Source: Sedimentisphaera cyanobacteriorum (GTDB taxonomy: Bacteria > Planctomycetota > Phycisphaerae > Sedimentisphaerales > Sedimentisphaeraceae). From it: 32,000 nucleotides of DNA. Under the pieces are notes generated by a model. It was not told the origin of the DNA, ran no database searches, and saw nothing but the letters and a program-made list of their open reading frames with translations. The DNA lies in assembly GCF_001997385.1 (NCBI RefSeq), contig NZ_CP019633.1, positions 240,001-272,000 of the forward strand. Direction: 5' to 3'. Numbering within the stretch: position 1 is the first letter of the stretch; every line of letters begins with the position of its first letter. This document shows positions 26,601 through 32,000 of the stretch, in pieces. A program made the position numbers and the translations under genes.

Positions 26601-29600
26601 GTAGTTGGATATATTGGAGCCTCACAAGTTAACAATATACCGAATTCAACCGGCAACATCGATGATGACCCGATGTATGTTCAGGGCTATCTCGGAGACC
26701 ATTACCTGAGCAATGAAGGTGCAGGGCAGATTCTTGATCAGTACAACAGGCTTGCTTCTGACTTGGGCAGCTCTGCTACAAGCCCATGTGTTGATGCCGG
26801 GTATGGTGAGCCTTCCGATTTTGATATTGATAGCCTCTCTACCAGAACAGACAATGCCCCTGATGACAATGATTCAGCTGATATTGGATACCACTATAAC
26901 GACCCGAATCAGGTTTATGGCGGTGTTTTCAAGGTGTCTATCAATGTTTCGCCGAAAGAAGGCGGACAGGCAGCTGGAAACTTTACATTGTCTGATAATC
27001 CTTCCGGGCAGGAATACGTGTACGGTTTCGACCCGGCTGATCCGAACAACTTCAACGTGAAGCCTTTCGAGCAGGTAGTCCTTGAGGTATCCTCGGACAG
27101 CTCATATATGTTCGAGAAATGGCTGGATGAAGACGGCGAGCAGATGACGGAGATCCTCGGAGGCGATGACCCGGACTCTGATTTCTACGCATTCTACGAT
27201 GAAAACGGCCAGCCGATGTATGTTGATAATGAAATTGGCGGCGAACCATACAAGATTGTTATGACTATCGATCAGCACAGGGAATTCTTTGCTGAGCTCG
27301 TTAAACAGAGAGTAGAGCTTACGGTTTACGTTAAGAGCGGAAACGGCAAAGTTTATCAGGACGGCGAGCTTACGCCGGTTAAAGAATACGCAAAAGGCGA
27401 GGTAGTAGATCTAAGAGTTGAGCCGCTCGAGTCTGAGCATAAAGTTCGCTGGACAGGCACGGATAACGACGCCTCTTTGAGCCTGAAGAATCAGGTTACA
27501 GTCCGAGAGCAGCAGCAGGTTGTGGAAGTTGAATTCTACCAGCCGAATGTCTGGACTGTGGGCATGCAGGGAGACAGCAACCTCTCTGATGTTGTCAGGA
27601 ATATTCTGGTTGACCCGACCTTCGAAGACGGCGATGTTATTCAAGTTTTGCCGGGCGAATATTCTTGGGATGATAATACATATCCAGACACTGGATTAGT
27701 TATAAATATTGACAGGCCGGTTGTTATTGAAGGCGCTACGGGCAACCCTGATGATGTGTCTATAAGAGACGGAATCTGGAACTTCTGGGATGTCGGCAGA
27801 AATACAATAATAAGAAATATCACCTTCGACCATACCGGACAGACTTACAGAACACTGACGAACTATAATGGCAAAACCCCTGAGAACCCGTTCTTTAACG
27901 GTGATAACGGAACCCCGGGCGGAGGTTCTGTAATGAGGTTCTGCTCGCTGTTCGTTCCGGAATACGAATGGATGAACTACGGGAACAGCTATTATCCTGT
28001 ACTAACGCAAGGCCCTGAAGAGGGGAAATGGATTACGGCTTCGCCCACCATTGAGAACTGCAGCTTTATTAATGCAACTTTCGATGTTGCAGACGGCAGC
28101 AATGGAGCATCTGATGATTCTAACTTCGGCGAAGGCGGCTGGCCCGGATACACGCTGGGCGGTGCGGTAACTATAAGCGATTTCTGCGAGCCGAGGTTTG
28201 TAAACTGCACTTTCCAAGGATGTGAAATACAGGGCGGACACGGCGGAAACGGCGCCGGTATTGCAGGATACGGCGGAATGTGGGATTCTCCGGAAAATCC
28301 AGCTTTCGGATATGATGATGATGATATTTATGGAGCAGGCAATATAGGATTCCCAAGATTTGTTCTGCCTTTCCATAAACGAGGCATATATTACTTTACG
28401 TACGAAGTTGCCGGAGATGACGGATTAGAGCAGATAGATGTCCTCGGCGGAGTGGGCTATCCATCCCCTGTTCCTGAACAGAATTTGATGTATTCTTATT
28501 ACAACAGTTACGGCAGCGCCTACTACGGGAATTTCTCTTCTATAGAGCCAAAAGCCAGCTACGGCGGACGCGGCGGTGCTGTGTATATAGGCATCGGCGC
28601 AAGACCGGAATTCGTTTCGTGCGATTTTATAGAGAACAATTCTCAAAGCGGTTCCAGCGGTGTTCGAGGCGGCTCTGGGGCGAGCCCGAGGCAGCACTGG
28701 AGAGTACCTTCGTTTGGCGGAGCTGTTTTCTGCGATGCGAGAAGTGAACCGCTGTTTGAAGACTGCCTGTTCAGGGATAACATCGCAAACTACGAAATTC
28801 CTACTACTCATCCCGATGGCGGTGAGATTCAGGAAGACAACAGCTATATGAGCTACGGCGGTGCAGTTTATGCAAACAGAAACTCTCTGCCCGTGTTCCG
28901 TAAATGCCGCTTTGAAGGCAACGAGGCTGTTGTAGGCGGTGCGATTGCTGTGGACAATATCGGCGTAATCAATGACGAAACCGACCAGATAGAGAATCTT
29001 ATCGTTGAAGACTGCACTTTTACTGGCAACATATCTTCAGTTGGCGGTGCTGTAACAAGTGCCGGCGGTTCTCAGAGCAGATATGAATTCCTTTCCGAGG
29101 ATCCTCTCTTCCCGGGTATCGGGCCTCTGATATATACCGACGATCAGGGCAATCAGTATGATGTTTACAGATGGAATTTCGCTGTTGGCCAGAAAGAAGA
29201 CCAGATCACAGGCGAGCCTTGGGGACCAAAGCTCAACGAGACTGTATCTCATTCTGCCGGCTTCAGCGCATTTATTAGAAACGACTTCATCGAAAATACG
29301 GCTAATCTGTTTATCACCGATATCAGAGCCAGCTATACAGACGAAGACGGCAATGTCTTAGATCCGGTGGATCTCGGGGAATACAGCAGGGCAGGCCTTG
29401 GCGGGGCGTTGGCGCTTTTCACCAGCAAGAATCAGATTGTTGACTGCGTGCTGAGCGAAAATGTCAGCGGCGGCTTCGGCGGCGGTATGTATATCTCAGG
29501 AAAAACTCTCACTGATGTATTAGAGACAACCGAATACAGATCTACATATCTGCGGAATGTGCTTCTTAATAACAACTACTCCGCATTCGGCGGAGGCGGA

Positions 29601-32000
29601 TTATGCACCAGCAAATATTCAGACCCGCAGCTTATCAACTGTACTCTGGCAGATAATGTCGTTACAAGCTCTACCGGCAAAGGCGGCGGTCTGCTTGCAA
29701 CTAACGACAGCTATATTTCAGCAATAAACAGCATATTCTACGGCAACCTCAGCTCTAACGGGGCTCAGATTGCTGTTAATGAGGTGAATGAAGGCGAGCC
29801 TTCAACTGCAGATGTAAGGTACAGCCTTATCGAAGAAGGCAACGTTCAGCAGGCACCGATAGATATGGGCATTGAAGCAGTAAGGCCTGTTAGGAATCCG
29901 GCAGAATCAACATACAGCATATCTGATCAGGAAATTCTGCTCGAATCTGAAACAGACCTCTATGTCTTCGATGCTGAAGAATACGGGAACGACTTCTCAT
30001 CCTCGCTGATTGAGATGGGCTTTACCGTAAACTTCTACGAGCAGACTACCAACAGCGTGTTCGTGAATGAAAACGGCTGCATATCATTCTGGCAGGCGCT
30101 CTCTGAGATACAGAACTATCTTCTCAGCAGTGATTTGGGCACGCCGGTAATCGCACCGTTCCATGCGGATGTGGATACCAGCAGAGGCAATACCGCCAAA
30201 GCGGCCCGCGGAACTGCACGAGTGCTTACAGAAGACGGGTCTTACATCGACACTAAGGTGTTTGCTGTAACGTGGAATGAAGTGGGCTATTATGAGTCTC
30301 ATCTGGACAAGGTAAACAAGTTCCAGTTAGTTCTAATAGACAGAAGCGACCGCGGCGAGAATGATTTCGATATCGAATTCAACTACGACCAGATCGAATG
30401 GGAGACCGGAGACGACCAGAACGGAGCCGACGGGCTCGGCGGAAATTCTGCTGTTGTAGGTTTCTCAGACGGAACAGGCAGCCCGGGCAGCTTCTACGAG
30501 CTCAGCGGAAGCGGGCAGCCAAGCGCCTTCCTCGATAACAGCACAACAGCTCTTATCGCCCGTTCGAGAAACAGCAACGCAATGGGACGTCTTGTATTCC
30601 GTGTTAAAGAAGGCCAGCCCCATATTAAATACGGCAGCCCTGTATATACCAACGGAAGCTCCAAGATAAACTACAACGCAGATTTCGACAGATGGGACCC
30701 GGCAGCGAATAATATCGTTGGCGATCCTGTATGGGCGCAGGAAGGCGTTTATTATCTCAACAAGAAATCCATAGCAATAGACCCGAACAAGCCTGAGAGC
30801 CCATGCTTTGACAAGGGTGCAGGCAATGCGAGGGATTACGATATCTACAGGCATACTACAACTACTGACAACGAGCTCGATGTTGACCGTGTTGATATCG
30901 GATACCATTATGTTCTTCCGACAACTGAAGGGCTCGAGGGCGATTTCAACTTTGACGGGGTGATTAGTCAGTTTGAATCTGTAGAGTCTATGGCGGAATA
31001 CTGGCTCGACGAGTGCTACCCGCCATACTGGTGCCACGGACGCGATCTCAACCAAGACGGGATCGTGAATACCCTTGACAGAACGGTAATGGCAAGCCTC
31101 AGCGAGGTGGATTCTGTAGCTCCCCAGCCTCTTTACGGAGAGAACGGCGAGCTGGTAGAGCAGGACTTCACTGAAAACCAGCCCCGCAGGATGACTTGGG
31201 AAACCAAGCCGATTTCAAACGGCTCAGGCGTGGGCGAGATTCGTATGGTGGCAAGCCTGACTACTGACAACTGCATCGGCTCTGTGGAGTATCAGTTCCA
31301 GATGACATACCCGGAAGCCAAGATTGCACGGGACTGGGGCGTTTCAAGAGAATTCCTCGATACCGGCCTGAATGTAGGGGATGAATATGCATACCGCTGC
31401 AGGGCAAGAGATGCTCAGGGCAATGAAACCAAGTGGTCTCTTGCGGGCAGAACTGTTGCAGGCGACGATTCAACGCCTCCGATTACCGATCTGAACGCAG
31501 AAAATATTTATAAGTCTAAATGGGCTCTATCTGAAACAGGTATGCTTCTCAGCCCGCACGTAGTGAACGTTGCAGGCGGATTGGCAGATATAAAGATGGT
31601 AGCTGTTGAAGCAACAGACGAAAACGGCGTAGAATACTACTTCGAATGCACAAGCGGCAACGGGCACGACAGCGGCTGGATCGAAGAGCCTGAATACATC
31701 GATACTGATCTGCCGGTTGGCGAGCTCTATACTTACAGAGTACGCACAAGAGACCTCTCCAGAAACTTCAACCTCGGCGAATGGTCTGATGAGGCCTCTG
31801 CGTTTGCAAGCATTGAAAACATAATCGATACCGAGCCGCCGGCTCCTCTGAGCTACATAATAGGCGCTGATATCGTAGATGGCGAATATTTGATATGGGA
31901 TGATTATGTATATCATACTATCACCGCTGTTACAGATTCGATTGATATATCTCAGCCTGTATGGTATCAGTTTATCTGCCTGACAAACAGCAGCTTGAGC
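23625..32000 (+). CDS. Giant secreted multidomain protein, 3'-truncated by the window edge: M6/InhA-like metalloprotease, Pmp-like parallel beta-helix modules, InlB-B-repeat-like, NIDO-like, dockerin-like and FN3-like domains
   Basis: This ORF is not in the supplied track. I translated codons by hand from ATG 23625 (positions divisible by 3) to base 32000 and found 2,792 codons with no stop. The signal peptide is MVKRIFSLLVVMFVSAAVFA. The zinc site is FAHENGHMLCGYPDLYDYG, with HEXXH at 24684-24698. There are at least 10 GGA(I/V/L) motifs plus (C/F)xFxxN motifs, and two SPC(V/F)D(A/K)G...DIGYHY caps. The NIDO-like stretch reads FTVNFYEQTTNSVFVNENGCISF...FQLVLIDRSD...DFDIEFNYDQIEWETGD. Confidence 0.9.
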   Translation, partial: MVKRIFSLLVVMFVSAAVFAAPYNGGVFKVRQPDGSVVKVRGYGDEFYGRFESLDGYTLTNDEDGMLVYADISQDGTQFKPLDIRYNPTEPTDTSLPEFRNSTAAENNRGVFPESLDIKSEVIREIRLNKIEEYEADQYMIPAEQGPQKQSLQQLPYDPETFEPKYYRPVTGEIEGLTIVIEFSDISGDIPVSAEELGDNEQRCVENFCNLVGYDADGNNGSIRDYYYGVSNGKLTYTNQVAGYYTAENDFTYYNDGPGTARGLIREALNGLADQIDVSTLTIDPATEEVQALNVLYAGQRPNEWGAGLWPHKYNLSAGGGATVTIDGATFDVYQITDMGTSENPAMEIGTFAHENGHMLCGYPDLYDYGYESSGIGSYGLMAGGSYGGNGTNPMAINGYFRWLSGWEIPQYLTSESEGNLHTALGSEMQATEAPEEDWETFDEYQGNIFVFMNEENLEEFFVIENIINSGRKGSAADNGLAVWHVDEGKGGYGANDQEHMTPDRHYHVSLEQADGNFDLENGNGQGDGTDLFGAPRFPEFYADQNIQPNSVWWNGEPSGLRLYEISEPGGEVTFYAEISPKYARIVRPSGADPTDMANEVERFKTIQEAFDAAQDGDDIYVADGFEYHEFLDTVGKSLAVYAEAADPNDPNDDNWQDYMDDYKSVPVEPTNIAFNIDYMDYDPDMAGDPNEIPSLTVSQGEQVSFEDFAFTGHPYSAINVSNNSLAVFESCSFTKHGTGAPKEVIDDTGQFVTDPETGENLVAPSIEYNDFSDNTNAFVLENGSIELTNCEFSGNIGRGDGGSCIYGEGQSSVMASGTEFEGNSSKSDGGAVFFKDGYVEFSRCRFEDNEARFNGGSISLESVDDNSVIRDSRFVSNSVNIYGGALYSSDCAVEFVNNLLYECTSSWYGGALYFDSPHNQNKVYNCTFDNNDGLVAGGAIYLTGAAGQSQFYNNIFSNTPGYAVYEAAAGIDVELKNNLFFNNGADYWDENVVGYIGASQVNNIPNSTGNIDDDPMYVQGYLGDHYLSNEGAGQILDQYNRLASDLGSSATSPCVDAGYGEPSDFDIDSLSTRTDNAPDDNDSADIGYHYNDPNQVYGGVFKVSINVSPKEGGQAAGNFTLSDNPSGQEYVYGFDPADPNNFNVKPFEQVVLEVSSDSSYMFEKWLDEDGEQMTEILGGDDPDSDFYAFYDENGQPMYVDNEIGGEPYKIVMTIDQHREFFAELVKQRVELTVYVKSGNGKVYQDGELTPVKEYAKGEVVDLRVEPLESEHKVRWTGTDNDASLSLKNQVTVREQQQVVEVEFYQPNVWTVGMQGDSNLSDVVRNILVDPTFEDGDVIQVLPGEYSWDDNTYPDTGLVINIDRPVVIEGATGNPDDVSIRDGIWNFWDVGRNTIIRNITFDHTGQTYRTLTNYNGKTPENPFFNGDNGTPGGGSVMRFCSLFVPEYEWMNYGNSYYPVLTQGPEEGKWITASPTIENCSFINATFDVADGSNGASDDSNFGEGGWPGYTLGGAVTISDFCEPRFVNCTFQGCEIQGGHGGNGAGIAGYGGMWDSPENPAFGYDDDDIYGAGNIGFPRFVLPFHKRGIYYFTYEVAGDDGLEQIDVLGGVGYPSPVPEQNLMYSYYNSYGSAYYGNFSSIEPKASYGGRGGAVYIGIGARPEFVSCDFIENNSQSGSSGVRGGSGASPRQHWRVPSFGGAVFCDARSEPLFEDCLFRDNIANYEIPTTHPDGGEIQEDNSYMSYGGAVYANRNSLPVFRKCRFEGNEAVVGGAIAVDNIGVINDETDQIENLIVEDCTFTGNISSVGGAVTSAGGSQSRYEFLSEDPLFPGIGPLIYTDDQGNQYDVYRWNFAVGQKEDQITGEPWGPKLNETVSHSAGFSAFIRNDFIENTANLFITDIRASYTDEDGNVLDPVDLGEYSRAGLGGALALFTSKNQIVDCVLSENVSGGFGGGMYISGKTLTDVLETTEYRSTYLRNVLLNNNYSAFGGGGLCTSKYSDPQLINCTLADNVVTSSTGKGGGLLATNDSYISAINSIFYGNLSSNGAQIAVNEVNEGEPSTADVRYSLIEEGNVQQAPIDMGIEAVRPVRNPAESTYSISDQEILLESETDLYVFDAEEYGNDFSSSLIEMGFTVNFYEQTTNSVFVNENGCISFWQALSEIQNYLLSSDLGTPVIAPFHADVDTSRGNTAKAARGTARVLTEDGSYIDTKVFAVTWNEVGYYESHLDKVNKFQLVLIDRSDRGENDFDIEFNYDQIEWETGDDQNGADGLGGNSAVVGFSDGTGSPGSFYELSGSGQPSAFLDNSTTALIARSRNSNAMGRLVFRVKEGQPHIKYGSPVYTNGSSKINYNADFDRWDPAANNIVGDPVWAQEGVYYLNKKSIAIDPNKPESPCFDKGAGNARDYDIYRHTTTTDNELDVDRVDIGYHYVLPTTEGLEGDFNFDGVISQFESVESMAEYWLDECYPPYWCHGRDLNQDGIVNTLDRTVMASLSEVDSVAPQPLYGENGELVEQDFTENQPRRMTWETKPISNGSGVGEIRMVASLTTDNCIGSVEYQFQMTYPEAKIARDWGVSREFLDTGLNVGDEYAYRCRARDAQGNETKWSLAGRTVAGDDSTPPITDLNAENIYKSKWALSETGMLLSPHVVNVAGGLADIKMVAVEATDENGVEYYFECTSGNGHDSGWIEEPEYIDTDLPVGELYTYRVRTRDLSRNFNLGEWSDEASAFASIENIIDTEPPAPLSYIIGADIVDGEYLIWDDYVYHTITAVTDSIDISQPVWYQFICLTNSSLS

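Noticed and set aside
24214-31916. About 25 short ORFs (60-196 aa) listed on both strands across this region, for example 30465-31055 minus (196 aa)
   Set aside because: All lie out of frame or antisense within the single uninterrupted 2,792-codon frame-3 ORF, which has coherent domain content. None shows motifs of its own.
1-32000. Search for CRISPR arrays, rRNA or tRNA genes, and defence-system hallmarks (reverse transcriptase, Cas, restriction or toxin-antitoxin pairs)
   Set aside because: I found no regularly spaced direct repeats, no structured-RNA signatures and no such protein motifs in any of the ORFs or intergenic regions.

Overview
This window looks like a chromosomal segment from a Planctomycetota-type, Phycisphaerae-like bacterium. 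That placement is an inference from four things: H-X9-DG prepilin-like proteins, Tat-signal Cys-type sulfatases, a Rhodopirellula/Verrucomicrobium-type ECF sigma factor, and a planctomycete-style secretin. Gene order from left to right: a 5'-truncated GH2 glycosidase; a UxaE-like uronate epimerase; a translationally coupled ECF sigma / FecR-type anti-sigma pair; an IS1634-family insertion sequence with perfect 18-bp terminal inverted repeats that has cut an IS4-family (DUF4372) transposase gene; a housekeeping block (hypothetical, DUF167/YggU, membrane-anchored repeat protein, argJ); a TorF-like small porin; a two-gene Tat-sulfatase operon on the minus strand; two tandem H-X9-DG pseudopilin-like paralogs, each with its own terminator; tsaB on the minus strand; and a 1,190-aa secretin with a long repeat-rich N-terminal extension. 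The most important item is an uninterrupted + strand ORF from ATG 23625 to the window end (2,792 codons, no stop). It is absent from the supplied ORF track. It encodes a signal peptide, an M6/InhA-type metalloprotease module, two Pmp-like parallel beta-helix modules, InlB-B-repeat-like domains, a NIDO-like domain, dockerin-like Ca-binding loops and tandem FN3-like domains. It starts 99 bp after the secretin gene, which suggests a dedicated secretin-plus-giant-exoprotein module. I found no rRNA, tRNA or CRISPR array. All domain calls come from motif recognition by eye and need HMM or BLAST confirmation.
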